From the NCBI GenBank assembly GCA_024645045.1, contig JAHEGO010000001.1, positions 73,600 through 137,599 on the forward strand: a stretch of DNA of 64,000 nucleotides. Direction: 5' to 3'. Origin of the DNA: Sphingobacteriaceae bacterium (GTDB taxonomy: Bacteria > Bacteroidota > Bacteroidia > Sphingobacteriales > Sphingobacteriaceae). Of this stretch, positions 37,487-47,567 are shown piece after piece. The first letter of the stretch is position 1, and every line of letters starts with the position of its first letter. The notes below the pieces were generated by a model that worked only from the letters and a program-made list of their open reading frames with translations, was not told where the DNA came from and made no database searches. The position numbers were made by a program, and so were the translations under genes.

Positions 37487-39019
37487 TTACATTCTTTCTC
37501 TATCCAAGCTTCGGTAATGAATGGCTTCTAATAAATGTTTGGTAGCAATATTCTCCGAATTTTCTAAATCAGCAATGGTTCGTGCAACTTTTAGAATTCT
37601 ATCGTAAGCGCGTGCAGATAACCCAAGCCGCTCCATGGCTGTTTTTAAAATAGCTAAACCTTCTTTGTCAACTTTACAAATTTCGCGCAAAAGTTTGCTG
37701 CTAATTTGCGCATTGCAATGAATGTTTGTCAAGTTACCATAGCGTTCAGATTGTATCTTTCTTGTTTGCATAACTCTTGACCTAACTACACTACTCAATT
37801 CTCCTTTTCGATGTGCAGTTAATTCATTAAAACTAACCGGAGATACTTCAATGTGTATGTCAATTCTGTCTAGTAATGGACCTGAAACTTTATTTAGGTA
37901 GCGTTGAACAATTCCTGGTCCGCAAGTGCATTCTTTTTCCGGGTGATTATAGAAACCGCAAGGACATGGGTTCATAGAAGCGACAAGCATAAAACTTGCG
38001 GGGTACTCTACACTATGTTTGGAGCGCGCAATGCTAACTTTACGCTCTTCGAGTGGTTGTCGCATCACTTCTAATACACTTCTTTTAAATTCTGGTAATT
38101 CATCTAAAAACAAAACACCGTTATGTGATAAAGAAATTTCTCCGGGTTGAGGATTACTTCCACCTCCAACAAGCGCAACATCTGAAATGGTATGGTGTGG
38201 CGAACGAAAAGGCCTGCTCAAAAGCAAAGCGATATTGTTAGCTAATTTTCCAGCAACAGAATGAATTTTGGTTGTTTCTAAAGCCTCAGAAATATTTAAA
38301 GGCGGCAAAATACTTGGCAATCTTTTGGCAAGCATTGTTTTGCCTGCACCTGGCGGCCCAATTAATATTACATTGTGTCCGCCTGCTGCCGCAATTTCTA
38401 ATGCGCGTTTGATATTCTCTTGGCCCTTCACATCGGAAAAATCTAAATCAAATTTTTCTGTATATTCTTGAAATTCATTTTTTATATCTATTAATGTTGC
38501 TTCTCCTTTGCAATCAGATTTAAAAAAATTAATCACATCTAAAATATTGGACATCCCAAAAACATTTAATCCTTTGACGATGGCAGCTTCTTTAGCATTT
38601 TGTTTGGGAAGAATAAAACCTTTGAATCCTTTTTTTTGTGCTTCGATGGCAATGGGAAGCGCGCCTTTTATAGGCTTTAAGCTGCCGTCTAAAGAGAGTT
38701 CCCCCATAATTAAGTAATCTTCAAGGTGTGCGGATGGAATTTGCTCTGCGGCAGCGAGAATGCCAATTGCAATGGTTAAATCATAAGAGGAGCCTTCTTT
38801 GCGGATATCAGCGGGTGCCATATTTACCACAATTTTCATTCTTGGCATATGGTAACCAAAGTTCTTTACAGCAGATTCGATTCTTAAATGGCTTTCTTTG
38901 ACGGCGCTGTCTGGTAAGCCAACTAAAAAATAATCGACACCTGTAACAATATTTACTTCTACCGTAATGAGAATTGCGTCAACGCCTTGAACGGCGCTGC
39001 CAAAAGTTTTAACCAGCAT
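37487..39019 (-). CDS. YifB/ComM family Mg-chelatase-like AAA+ ATPase
   Basis: 510 aa with a Lon-protease-like N-domain, Walker A GPPGAGKTMLA, Walker B VLFLDELPEF, and CPCG/CTCG Cys motifs. Confidence 0.9.
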   Translation of the reverse strand: MLVKTFGSAVQGVDAILITVEVNIVTGVDYFLVGLPDSAVKESHLRIESAVKNFGYHMPRMKIVVNMAPADIRKEGSSYDLTIAIGILAAAEQIPSAHLEDYLIMGELSLDGSLKPIKGALPIAIEAQKKGFKGFILPKQNAKEAAIVKGLNVFGMSNILDVINFFKSDCKGEATLIDIKNEFQEYTEKFDLDFSDVKGQENIKRALEIAAAGGHNVILIGPPGAGKTMLAKRLPSILPPLNISEALETTKIHSVAGKLANNIALLLSRPFRSPHHTISDVALVGGGSNPQPGEISLSHNGVLFLDELPEFKRSVLEVMRQPLEERKVSIARSKHSVEYPASFMLVASMNPCPCGFYNHPEKECTCGPGIVQRYLNKVSGPLLDRIDIHIEVSPVSFNELTAHRKGELSSVVRSRVMQTRKIQSERYGNLTNIHCNAQISSKLLREICKVDKEGLAILKTAMERLGLSARAYDRILKVARTIADLENSENIATKHLLEAIHYRSLDRERM

Positions 39020-39028
39020 TTTTTATTT

Positions 39029-39036
39029 CAAAACTA
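39029..39036 (-). promoter_or_regulatory. candidate -7 promoter box (TAGTTTTG on the minus strand) for comM/yifB
   Basis: The plus strand reads CAAAACTA. The box ends only 9 nt before the ATG at 39019. Confidence 0.45.
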
Positions 39037-39091
39037 AATGAAACGACTGTTTTGTTCAACTTAGTTTGTGCAGGTTTTTAATTGCAAATTT

Positions 39092-39658
39092 TTATTGATG
39101 TCTTTCGATGAAATCAATTAAGGAATGGATGACTTTGATGTGTATTTCTTGCGCCCTATCTGCATAGTCAGATTTGGGTGCACGAATTTCTACATCTGCT
39201 AAACCAGCTAATTGTCCGCCATCTTTTCCTGTAAGACACACTACAGATAAGCCTTTTGCTCTTGCGGCTGCAACTGCATGAATAATGTTTTTTGAATTAC
39301 CAGACGTGCTGATGCCAACTAAAACATCGCCTTCATTCCCTAATGCTTCAATATATCTCGAAAAAATAAAGTCATAACCATAATCGTTTCCTACACATGA
39401 AATATGCGAAGGGTCTGATATAGATACAGCAGCTAATGCTTTGCGATCATTTCTATATCTGCCGCTCAATTCTTCTGCAAAATGCATGGCATCACACATA
39501 GAGCCACCATTACCGCAGGAAATAATTTTTTTTCCGTTGGCCAATGCCTTAACCATTAATTGTCCTGCAGCATTAATTGCCGAAATGTTTTTTTCGTCTG
39601 AAACAAATGCGTTTAAAACGGATTGAGCTTCTGTGAAATGTTTTTTGATCGCGTCCAT
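39092..39658 (-). CDS. gmhA: SIS-domain D-sedoheptulose-7-phosphate isomerase (GmhA-like)
   Basis: Motifs [17 protein letters not shown] and [11 protein letters not shown] at 39658 (MDAIKKHF) is preferred; the TTG at 39664 in the track lies inside the promoter box. Confidence 0.8.
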   Translation of the reverse strand: MDAIKKHFTEAQSVLNAFVSDEKNISAINAAGQLMVKALANGKKIISCGNGGSMCDAMHFAEELSGRYRNDRKALAAVSISDPSHISCVGNDYGYDFIFSRYIEALGNEGDVLVGISTSGNSKNIIHAVAAARAKGLSVVCLTGKDGGQLAGLADVEIRAPKSDYADRAQEIHIKVIHSLIDFIERHQ

Positions 39659-39661
39659 ACC

Positions 39662-39669
39662 CAAAAGTA
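39662..39669 (-). promoter_or_regulatory. candidate -7 promoter box (TACTTTTG on the minus strand) for gmhA
   Basis: The plus strand reads CAAAAGTA. Only 3 nt separate the box from the ATG at 39658. Confidence 0.45.
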
Positions 39670-39725
39670 CTAAATTTTATATTTCTAAGAATTGATTTAT
39701 TATCTTGTTTCTCAAATTCAAGTAA

Positions 39726-40607
39726 ATGAGCAAAAAAGTACTTTGTGCCATCAATCCACATTCGGGTAAAGGCCGCTCCCAAAGCATGCTTGCCGAAATG
39801 CAAGCCGCATTACCAGACTTTCAATGGGTGCTTGTTGAAAGTATTAGTCCTCAATATTTCTCAACAAATTTGGGCGGCTTTTTAGATTCATCAATTTGTG
39901 CCATTGCAGTTTTTGGAGGTGACGGCACCATGCACGATGTAGTCAATGGTTTATATAATTCTAATAATTTAAGTGTTCCAGTATTATTATTTCCTGCAGG
40001 AACAGGAAATGCATTCAATCACGACTTGGCCTGCTTCGATTGTCGAACTGCAATAGAAAGGCTAAGAAAATTTGAAGTGCAGAAAATAGATTTAATGAAA
40101 ATGACAAATGGAGCACAATCGCTGGTGTCATTTAATATAATTGGATGGGGACTTGTTGCACAAATTACTGACCTAGCAGAAAGGCTAAGGATATTTGGTG
40201 GCGCAAGGTACACCATTGCTTCATTAATAAAAATATTCGTAAATCCTTATCGAAGCGCGACTTTAACCTATGATGGTTATCAAGAAGAAACAGATTTTTC
40301 TTTTGTATTGCTGATGAATACTAAGCACACTGGCAAAGGCATGAAAATGGCTCCATACGCGAGTTTGAGTGATGGCCTTATGGATGTTTTGATGGTAAAA
40401 AAAACCAGTTTATGGAATTTACTTGTGTTGTTTCCTAGTATTTATTCCGGTAAGCATATACATTCTAAGCTTTTAAATTATCAGCAAGTTCAAAAAATAA
40501 CATTAATTGCTAAAGACGAACAACCTTTAACAATAGACGGTGAAGTAAAAGCGCGCGCGCCTTTTGAGGTAGAAGTTTTACCCTTAGCGCTAACAATTGT
40601 AAAATAA
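39726..40607 (+). CDS. diacylglycerol kinase-family lipid kinase (YegS/BmrU-like)
   Basis: 293 aa with the NAD-kinase/DAGK catalytic motif VFGGDGTMHDV and the segment PAGTGNAF. Confidence 0.75.
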   Translation: MSKKVLCAINPHSGKGRSQSMLAEMQAALPDFQWVLVESISPQYFSTNLGGFLDSSICAIAVFGGDGTMHDVVNGLYNSNNLSVPVLLFPAGTGNAFNHDLACFDCRTAIERLRKFEVQKIDLMKMTNGAQSLVSFNIIGWGLVAQITDLAERLRIFGGARYTIASLIKIFVNPYRSATLTYDGYQEETDFSFVLLMNTKHTGKGMKMAPYASLSDGLMDVLMVKKTSLWNLLVLFPSIYSGKHIHSKLLNYQQVQKITLIAKDEQPLTIDGEVKARAPFEVEVLPLALTIVK

Positions 40608-40646
40608 AAAAGGAGGCATAAGCCTCCTTTTTTATTTTACAATTGT
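40593..40646. terminator. 54-bp perfect palindrome acting as a bidirectional terminator between convergent genes
   Basis: Arms are ACAATTGTAAAATAAAAAAGGAGGC (40593-40617) and GCCTCCTTTTTTATTTTACAATTGT (40622-40646), with loop ATAA. The GC core AGGAGGC/GCCTCCT is flanked by A and T runs. The left arm overlaps the last codons and stop of the kinase gene. Confidence 0.75.
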
Positions 40647-40654
40647 TTTTTCAA

Positions 40655-42688
40655 TTATTTTTTCTTGAATTTTTCTTTCCCGCTATCTAAGAAATTAACA
40701 TAGGCTGCAATGTCTTCGTTGTATGCATAAGGAGCAGCTAAAGCATTGCCATCGTTGTCAACTATTACATATAATGGTTGTGCATTGTTATTGAATTTAG
40801 TTACTTGTAAATCCACATTTCTATTTCCTAAATTTTTAATTTTTTTGCCGGTATAGGTAGAAGTATATTTTTCATTTTCTGGTAATTCTGTACGATCGTC
40901 AACATATAATGAGATAACAACAAAATCATTTTTTAATCTTTTTAATACTTCTTCATTTGGCCAAACTGAATTTTCCATTTTTCTACAATTGGTACAGCTA
41001 TGACCTGTAAAGTCTAAAAACACTGGTTTCCCAATTTTCTTTGCATAAGCCATTCCTTCATCGTAATCAAAGAACGCTTCAATACCAAGTGGCGCGTGTA
41101 ATTGCTCACTGTATTTTCTAGCTGTAATATTTGAATTGGAAGTTTGAAAAGATTTAGCATATAAATCAAAATCTTGTGTGCCTTGATGTGGCAAGAAACC
41201 GCTGATTGCTTTTAGCGGAGCACCCCACAAACCAGGTGCTAAATAAACAGCAAAACTCAAAGATATAATTGCCAAGAATAACCTTGGAACTGAAATGTAT
41301 TTTACATCCGAATCATGGTTGAATTTTAATTTACCTAATAAATAAAATCCTAGCATGATAAAAATGACAATCCACAAACCAATGAAAACTTCTCTATCTA
41401 AAATTCTCCAGTGGTAAGCCATGTCTGCATTCGATAAAAACTTTAAAGCAAAAGCTAATTCAATAAAGCCTAAACTAACTTTTACAGTGTTCAACCATCC
41501 GCCAGATTTAGGCATAGAATTTAACCAGCTTGGGAATATTGCAAACAAAGTAAATGGCAATGCAAGTGAAATGGAAAACCCTAACATGCCCATAAATGGG
41601 CCAACATAAGTTCCTTTGTTTGCTGCATCTACAAGTAAAGTACCAATGAGTGGTCCTGTGCAAGAGAAAGAAGCAATAGCTAAAACCACCGCCATAAAGA
41701 AGATGCCTAACAGCCCACCTTTATCTGCTTTTTGATCTGCTTTTGTTGACCATGAACTTGGTAGAGTAATTTCAAATGCACCAAAAAACGAGGCTGCAAA
41801 TAATACCAATATACCAAAGAAAACTAAATTAAATACGGCATTGGATGAAAGTTCGTTTAATGCGCTTGCACCTAAAAGCATTGTTACACCTAAACCTAAA
41901 GCAACATAAATTACTATAATTGAAATTCCATATATTATTGCTTTGCGAATTCCGTCAGCTTTACTTTTACTTTGTTTAGTGAAGAAGCTAACTGTTAACG
42001 GAATCATTGGGAATATGCATGGCATTAATAGCGCAACGAATCCAAAAAGAAAGCCTTGTAAAAATATAGACCAATTTCCTTCTTCTTTTGCTGGCGCAGC
42101 AATAATTGTTTTAGTTACTGTGCTGTCAGAAACACTTGAATTGATTGTAATTGAACTGCTGTCTATTGTTGTTGCTTTGCTAGAACTATCTGAATCTACG
42201 TCGCTTGCATTTGTTTTCTTTTCTACAGATTCAAAACCTTTTACTTGAAATGAAAATGGTACTTCTTCGGGAGGCAAACATTGTTTGTCGTTGCAAACCA
42301 TATATTCAAATGTTCCATCGAGTTTAAAATCTTTTGCAGAAAGTACTTTAATTTTTTGTTTAAAAGTAGCACTGTGTTCGAAGTATGAAACTTGCATTTC
42401 AAAAACTTCATCGTTAATGCTGATTGCTTTTGGAATTTCTAAAACACCTTTTACTAATTTGTAATTCGCATTGGGTGTAAATTTAAAAGTAGTAGGAAGT
42501 GGTCCACCTTCGCCAACAAATTGTGAATAGACATGCCAGTGGTCATCTATTTTCGCTTTAATTACAAGTGTAGGATTTTCGGTCCCATTGTCTTCAATGG
42601 CATAAGTCCATTTAACTGGCTCTTGAATTTGAGCAAATGTTTGAAGGCTGAATATTAATAAGCCAAAAAATGCAAAAAATTTCTTCAT
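40655..42688 (-). CDS. dsbD: thiol:disulfide interchange protein DsbD
   Basis: 677 aa with an N-terminal periplasmic domain, a membrane core with Cys motifs (LMPCIFPMIP, SFSCTGPLIG) and a C-terminal thioredoxin CxxC (GHSCTNCRKME). Confidence 0.9.
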   Translation of the reverse strand: MKKFFAFFGLLIFSLQTFAQIQEPVKWTYAIEDNGTENPTLVIKAKIDDHWHVYSQFVGEGGPLPTTFKFTPNANYKLVKGVLEIPKAISINDEVFEMQVSYFEHSATFKQKIKVLSAKDFKLDGTFEYMVCNDKQCLPPEEVPFSFQVKGFESVEKKTNASDVDSDSSSKATTIDSSSITINSSVSDSTVTKTIIAAPAKEEGNWSIFLQGFLFGFVALLMPCIFPMIPLTVSFFTKQSKSKADGIRKAIIYGISIIVIYVALGLGVTMLLGASALNELSSNAVFNLVFFGILVLFAASFFGAFEITLPSSWSTKADQKADKGGLLGIFFMAVVLAIASFSCTGPLIGTLLVDAANKGTYVGPFMGMLGFSISLALPFTLFAIFPSWLNSMPKSGGWLNTVKVSLGFIELAFALKFLSNADMAYHWRILDREVFIGLWIVIFIMLGFYLLGKLKFNHDSDVKYISVPRLFLAIISLSFAVYLAPGLWGAPLKAISGFLPHQGTQDFDLYAKSFQTSNSNITARKYSEQLHAPLGIEAFFDYDEGMAYAKKIGKPVFLDFTGHSCTNCRKMENSVWPNEEVLKRLKNDFVVISLYVDDRTELPENEKYTSTYTGKKIKNLGNRNVDLQVTKFNNNAQPLYVIVDNDGNALAAPYAYNEDIAAYVNFLDSGKEKFKKK

Positions 42689-42709
42689 TATTTACAATGC
42701 TAATGTTTT

Positions 42710-42717
42710 CAAAAATA
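42710..42717 (-). promoter_or_regulatory. candidate -7 promoter box (TATTTTTG on the minus strand) for dsbD
   Basis: The plus strand reads CAAAAATA, 22 nt from the dsbD ATG at 42688. Confidence 0.45.
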
Positions 42718-42728
42718 TCAATTTAATT

Positions 42729-43478
42729 TTAAAGGATATAGCTTATTTCTTTATTGTTGAAATAGCGAACCTGCTCTTTTAATTGCAAGCCTAATCTGCC
42801 AAATTCATCAATGCCAACTATTTTAGCTGTTTGCGCAATATCATCTATTACAAAATGCGCTTCTTGCTGGTAGCGAAAAAGTTTATTCAAGTATGCGTTT
42901 TGAATGGTTTGTTTTGTACTGTTTCGAATCCATTCATATTTTACTTCTAAAGCATCACACAATTCTGCTAATAACAGTTCTCTGTCATAATTCCTACCTG
43001 TAAGTTGTTGTAGCGAGCATGCGTGGGGTGTGTTTGCGCTAAATTCAATTTGGTTAATGTTTATGCCAATGCCAATTATGCTGTTTTTGATGACATGTTG
43101 TTGAATGCTATTTTCAATAAGCAAACCAGCAATTTTTTGATCGCCTACATATATGTCATTTGGCCATTTAACCTGTACATTTGATACATATTTTTCTAGA
43201 AACTCACAGACAGCCAGACTAATAGCAATTGATAACAAAAACTGGTCTTCAATTTTTAAAAAATGAGGGCGATAAAAAACAGTTAATAACAGGTTTAATT
43301 CTGGCTTAGATTCCCAAACGGCTCCACTTTGCCCCCTACCACCACTTTGAAAATCTGCCATAATTACCGAGCCTTCCGCTAATGGCTCAGAATTTGACAA
43401 CAATTCTGCAGTATAGCTGTTAGTGGATATAACTTTAGCTAAGTGAATGGTATTTTTACCGGTATACTGGGCTTTCAT
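42729..43478 (-). CDS. birA: biotin--[acetyl-CoA-carboxylase] ligase (no N-terminal HTH)
   Basis: 249 aa with the biotin-binding loop QSGGRGQSGAVWES and the segment KWPNDIY. Confidence 0.85.
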   Translation of the reverse strand: MKAQYTGKNTIHLAKVISTNSYTAELLSNSEPLAEGSVIMADFQSGGRGQSGAVWESKPELNLLLTVFYRPHFLKIEDQFLLSIAISLAVCEFLEKYVSNVQVKWPNDIYVGDQKIAGLLIENSIQQHVIKNSIIGIGININQIEFSANTPHACSLQQLTGRNYDRELLLAELCDALEVKYEWIRNSTKQTIQNAYLNKLFRYQQEAHFVIDDIAQTAKIVGIDEFGRLGLQLKEQVRYFNNKEISYIL

Positions 43479-43503
43479 AAAGGGATAAACGCAAATTAAT
43501 TGC

Positions 43504-43511
43504 TAATTTTG
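43504..43511 (+). promoter_or_regulatory. candidate -7 promoter box (TAATTTTG) for rsfS-ftsH
   Basis: Exact TAnnTTTG match ending 19 nt before the rsfS ATG at 43531. Confidence 0.5.
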
Positions 43512-43530
43512 CCTAAATTAAACGGTTTTA

Positions 43531-43908
43531 ATGAAGAAACACAAAAAAGAAGTAGATTCTCAAAAAATAGCTGAAATTATTGTTCAAGGTATTCAAGAGA
43601 AAAAAGGGAAAGAAGTAGTAAGTTTAGATTTACGAAAAATCAGCAGTTCTGTCAGCGATTATTTTGTTATTTGCCATGCAGATTCAAGCACTCAAGTAAG
43701 AGCCATTGCCGATTCAGTAGAGCATGAAATGTCTAAAGCATTAAATGAAGATCCGTGGCACAAAGAAGGCCAAGGTAATGCAGAGTGGATTTTACTTGAC
43801 TATGTATCGGTTGTGGTGCATATTTTTAAAACAGACAAAAGAGAATTTTACGGAGTAGAAGAATTATGGGGCGATGCGCAATTGCAACGTTATGAATCTG
43901 CTTCTTAA
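43531..43908 (+). CDS. rsfS: ribosome silencing factor RsfS
   Basis: 125 aa with motifs DYFVICHADSSTQVRAIAD and WILLDYVSVVVHIF. Confidence 0.85.
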   Translation: MKKHKKEVDSQKIAEIIVQGIQEKKGKEVVSLDLRKISSSVSDYFVICHADSSTQVRAIADSVEHEMSKALNEDPWHKEGQGNAEWILLDYVSVVVHIFKTDKREFYGVEELWGDAQLQRYESAS

Positions 43909-43922
43909 TACAAATAAAATAG

Positions 43923-46118
43923 ATGGAAGAGAATAAGAAAAAATCGACTGGTGGGAAAAAAATGCCGAACCTACCGCAGGTGCCAAAGTTCAATTTTTAT
44001 TGGATTTACGGTATTTTATTAATTGCTGTAATTGCATTTCAGTTTTTATATAAAGACAATAGCGCAAAAGAAATTAGCTATCAGAAATTCGAAACAGAAA
44101 TGTTGTTGAACCATGATGTAGAAAAGTTAGTTGCTTATAAGCAGAACGAAATGTATGTGGTTGAAATATATATTTTCAAAGCAAAACTAGAAGGTGAGAA
44201 ATATAAGGACATCAATAGTGGTGCATACTTTTCTGGAGCGGGCCCGCATTATTTTTTAACACAATTGTCGATCGACGATTTTAACAATCGTTTACGTGAT
44301 GCGCAAAAAAGTTTTACTCCTGCAGAAAAAGTAGATGTAGAATACATCACTAAATCTAGCTGGGGAAGAGACTTTTTATTATCGTGGGTTTTACCCTTAG
44401 TATTTATGATAGCGGTGTGGATGTTTATCATGCGAAAAATGTCTGGCGGGGGCGCTGGTGGTGGAGGAGGTCAAATCTTCAACATCGGAAAATCACGCGC
44501 AACGCTATTTGATAAAGAGTCACAAGTGGCGATTACTTTCAACGATGTTGCCGGATTAGAAGAAGCAAAACAAGAAGTAATGGAGGTGGTAGACTTCTTA
44601 AAGAATCCAAAAAAATATACAAACCTTGGCGGAAAAATTCCGAAAGGCGTATTGCTAGTAGGCGCACCAGGAACTGGAAAAACTTTATTAGCTAAAGCTG
44701 TTGCAGGCGAAGCGCAAGTGCCATTCTTCTCTCTTTCAGGTTCAGATTTTGTAGAGATGTTTGTTGGTGTGGGTGCATCCAGAGTAAGAGATTTGTTTAA
44801 ACAAGCAAAAGAAAAAGCACCTTGTATTATTTTTATAGATGAGATTGATGCCATCGGTAGAGCACGTGGTAAGAATCAAATTATGGGAGGTAACGACGAG
44901 CGTGAGAATACATTGAATCAATTATTAGTAGAGATGGATGGATTTGGAACCGATTCAGGTGTCATTATTATGGCTGCTACCAATCGCCCAGATGTACTGG
45001 ATCCTGCACTTTTAAGACCAGGAAGATTTGACAGACAAATTGGAATTGATAAACCAGACTTGATTGGTAGAGAACAAATTTTCAAAGTACATTTAAAACC
45101 GTTAAAACTTTCAAAAGACATTGATCCTAAAAAATTAGCAGCGCAAACACCAGGTTTTGCTGGTGCAGAAATTGCAAATGTTTGTAATGAAGCGGCGTTA
45201 ATTGCTGCTAGAAAAGACAAGCAAGCAATAGACATGCAAGATTTTCAAGACGCAATTGATCGTGTGATTGGTGGATTAGAAAAGAAAAATAAAATTATTT
45301 CTCCAGAAGAAAAACGAATTGTTGCATTTCACGAAGCTGGACATGCAATAACTGGATGGTTTTTGGAGTACGCAGACCCATTAGTAAAAGTTTCTATTGT
45401 ACCTAGAGGAATTGCAGCATTGGGCTATGCACAGTATTTACCTAAAGAGCAATATTTATATACCACTGAGCAATTGCTGGATAGTATGAAAATGACTTTA
45501 GGTGGAAGAGCTGCTGAAGAAATTGTTTTCGGAAAAATTTCAACAGGCGCACAAAATGATTTAGAAAGAATTACAAAATTGGCTTATGCAATGGTTACCA
45601 TGTATGGTATGAATAAAACCATCGGCAATATTTCTTTCAACGATCCGCAAGGTGAATTTGGATATGGAAAACCATATTCAGATAAAACTTCTGAGTTAAT
45701 TGACATTGAAGTAAGAAGTTTAATTGCGCAAATGTATGAAGAAACCAAAGCAATGTTGGTGAAACATAGAGCGCACTTAGACAATATCGCTAAAGCACTA
45801 TTGGAAAAAGAAATTATTTTCCAATCAGATTTAGAAGAGCTGTTAGGCAAAAGACCTTTTGAAACCAGAACTACTTATGATGAGTTTGTAAATGGTCCTG
45901 AAGATAAAAAAACAGAAACAGCAACGCCAATTACTACTACAACATCAGAAGCAAGTGCAGTAGTGGATGATAAAACAAGGCCAACTATTTTCGAGCCAAA
46001 GCCGCCTATTGAAGGAGAAAAGACTATAGAGGAGTTGGAGGCAGAATTTGCCGAATCTGACAATCCAGACGACGGCTTAAAAATCAATAGTTTGGGGGCA
46101 GACAAAAAAACTGATTAA
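43923..46118 (+). CDS. ftsH: ATP-dependent zinc metalloprotease FtsH
   Basis: 731 aa with two N-terminal transmembrane helices, Walker [14 protein letters not shown], Walker [10 protein letters not shown], the SRH region and the zinc motif HEAGHAI. Confidence 0.95.
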   Translation: MEENKKKSTGGKKMPNLPQVPKFNFYWIYGILLIAVIAFQFLYKDNSAKEISYQKFETEMLLNHDVEKLVAYKQNEMYVVEIYIFKAKLEGEKYKDINSGAYFSGAGPHYFLTQLSIDDFNNRLRDAQKSFTPAEKVDVEYITKSSWGRDFLLSWVLPLVFMIAVWMFIMRKMSGGGAGGGGGQIFNIGKSRATLFDKESQVAITFNDVAGLEEAKQEVMEVVDFLKNPKKYTNLGGKIPKGVLLVGAPGTGKTLLAKAVAGEAQVPFFSLSGSDFVEMFVGVGASRVRDLFKQAKEKAPCIIFIDEIDAIGRARGKNQIMGGNDERENTLNQLLVEMDGFGTDSGVIIMAATNRPDVLDPALLRPGRFDRQIGIDKPDLIGREQIFKVHLKPLKLSKDIDPKKLAAQTPGFAGAEIANVCNEAALIAARKDKQAIDMQDFQDAIDRVIGGLEKKNKIISPEEKRIVAFHEAGHAITGWFLEYADPLVKVSIVPRGIAALGYAQYLPKEQYLYTTEQLLDSMKMTLGGRAAEEIVFGKISTGAQNDLERITKLAYAMVTMYGMNKTIGNISFNDPQGEFGYGKPYSDKTSELIDIEVRSLIAQMYEETKAMLVKHRAHLDNIAKALLEKEIIFQSDLEELLGKRPFETRTTYDEFVNGPEDKKTETATPITTTTSEASAVVDDKTRPTIFEPKPPIEGEKTIEELEAEFAESDNPDDGLKINSLGADKKTD

Positions 46119-46132
46119 TAATTTTTCAAAAG

Positions 46133-46160
46133 AAATACCGCTCATTGGGCGGTATTTTTT
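46133..46160 (+). terminator. rho-independent terminator after ftsH
   Basis: 9-bp stem AAATACCGC/GCGGTATTT (46133-46141 and 46149-46157), 7-nt loop, and a T-run to 46160. Confidence 0.8.
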
Positions 46161-46171
46161 ATTTTAGCAGA

Positions 46172-46813
46172 ATGCAAGAAGCAACCCCAAGAGAACGCAT
46201 GTTGAAGAAAATCAGGAAAGCCCTGATTGAAAAGGTGGAAAACCCTTTTCCTAAATTCGAAGACACGGAAGCGATTTTTACACAATCGGAAGAATTGTTA
46301 GAAATACAATTTGCAGAAGCTTTTAATAAAGTCAATGGGCAGTTTGTTTATTGTGAAAACGAAAAAGATTTTGTCTTACAGTTAAAGGCTATTGCTCATG
46401 AAAATAAATGGGCAAATATTTTTTGCTGGGAAAAAGAATTGCATGCAATTTTAAAAAATCAAATCAACTATCAGATTACCGACTTTGAATTTTTAAATGC
46501 TTCAGTTGGAATCACCACTTGCGAAGCATTAGTAGCTAGAACTGGAAGTATTTTAATTAGCAGTGGTTCTGCTGCAGGTAGAAGGCTATCAATTTATCCG
46601 AGTATTCATGTAGTTGTTGCATATACTTCTCAATTGAAAAACGACACCATCGATGCCATTCAATTTATGAATGATAAATACCAAGGTCAAATGCCTTCTT
46701 TAATGAGCGTTGTGGCTGGACCAAGCAGAACAGCAGATATAGAAAAAACTTTAGTTTTAGGAGCACATGGGCCTAGAGAATTATTTTTATTTTTAATTGA
46801 CGATACAATTTAG
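46172..46813 (+). CDS. LUD-domain protein (LutC/YkgG-like)
   Basis: The start is moved to the ATG at 46172 (MQEATPRERMLKKIR) because the TTG at 46145 lies in the terminator loop. The segment GITTCEALVARTGSILISS is typical of the LUD family from memory. Confidence 0.6.
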   Translation: MQEATPRERMLKKIRKALIEKVENPFPKFEDTEAIFTQSEELLEIQFAEAFNKVNGQFVYCENEKDFVLQLKAIAHENKWANIFCWEKELHAILKNQINYQITDFEFLNASVGITTCEALVARTGSILISSGSAAGRRLSIYPSIHVVVAYTSQLKNDTIDAIQFMNDKYQGQMPSLMSVVAGPSRTADIEKTLVLGAHGPRELFLFLIDDTI

Positions 46814-46817
46814 GCAT

Positions 46818-47567
46818 ATGCAAAATTTAAAAAAAATATATTTTGCTTCTGACTTTCATTTAGGTTTACCTAATTATGAAGCCAGCCGTTTAAGAGAAGA
46901 TAAAATTGTTCGATGGTTAAAAAGTATTCAATCAGATGCTTCAGAAATTTTTCTAGTTGGAGATATTTTTGATTTTTGGTTTGAATATGCAAGTGTTGTG
47001 CCAAAAGGATTTGTTCGTTTGCAAGGCGCCATTGCAGCCTTAACCGACGCAGGAATTAAAGTGCATTTTTTCAAAGGGAATCACGACATGTGGATGTTTA
47101 ACTATTTTCAAAAAGAATTAGGCGTTGAATTACATTCCGATCCAATCGAGCGAATTTTTAATGGAAAGAAATTTTTAATAGGTCACGGAGATGGTTTGGG
47201 CCCCGGCGATTATAGTTATAAATTTTTAAAGCAAATTTTTACAAGTAAAGTTTGCCAATGGCTTTTTGCACGTATTCATCCTAATTTTGGTGTAGGGCTT
47301 GCGCACGCTTGGTCGCAGCGCTCTCGCGTAGTGCATGATAAGAAAGAAAAGTTTCTTGGTGAAGAAAATGAATGGCTTGCTATTTATGCCAAAGAGCAAC
47401 TTAAGAAAACACATTTCGATTATTTTATTTTTGGACACAGACATTTACCATTAAACATCGACCTTACAAACGAAAGCAAATATGTTAACCTAGGTGAATG
47501 GATTCATGCCTCTACCTATGCTTGTTTTGATGGCCAAGCACTTTCGCTTTTAACCTTCCAAGATTAA
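46818..47567 (+). CDS. lpxH: UDP-2,3-diacylglucosamine diphosphatase LpxH
   Basis: Metallophosphoesterase motifs SDFHLG, GDIFDFW, GNHD and GHGD. The first ATG is at 46818. Confidence 0.85.
   Translation: MQNLKKIYFASDFHLGLPNYEASRLREDKIVRWLKSIQSDASEIFLVGDIFDFWFEYASVVPKGFVRLQGAIAALTDAGIKVHFFKGNHDMWMFNYFQKELGVELHSDPIERIFNGKKFLIGHGDGLGPGDYSYKFLKQIFTSKVCQWLFARIHPNFGVGLAHAWSQRSRVVHDKKEKFLGEENEWLAIYAKEQLKKTHFDYFIFGHRHLPLNIDLTNESKYVNLGEWIHASTYACFDGQALSLLTFQD

Noticed and set aside
39029-39075. Imperfect inverted repeat CAAAACTAAATGAA...TTCAACTTAGTTTG as a gmhA terminator
   Set aside because: The stem needs an indel, is A/T-rich and lacks a T-tract on the minus strand. It partly coincides with the comM promoter box.
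40385-40400. A8 homopolymer inside the lipid kinase gene, and similar A/T runs at 16368, 47590 and 58290, as phase-variation switches
   Set aside because: The runs encode Lys or Phe tracts in frame and are short for slipped-strand switching. Such runs are expected in AT-rich DNA, and the genes involved are not contingency-type.
44471-45235. Two minus-strand ORFs (127 and 105 aa) inside ftsH
   Set aside because: They are antisense to the highly conserved AAA+ core of ftsH and have no recognisable motifs. They are shadow ORFs.
46145-46171. TTG start of the LUD-domain ORF
   Set aside because: The TTG lies in the loop of the ftsH terminator (46142-46148). The ATG at 46172 is preferred.
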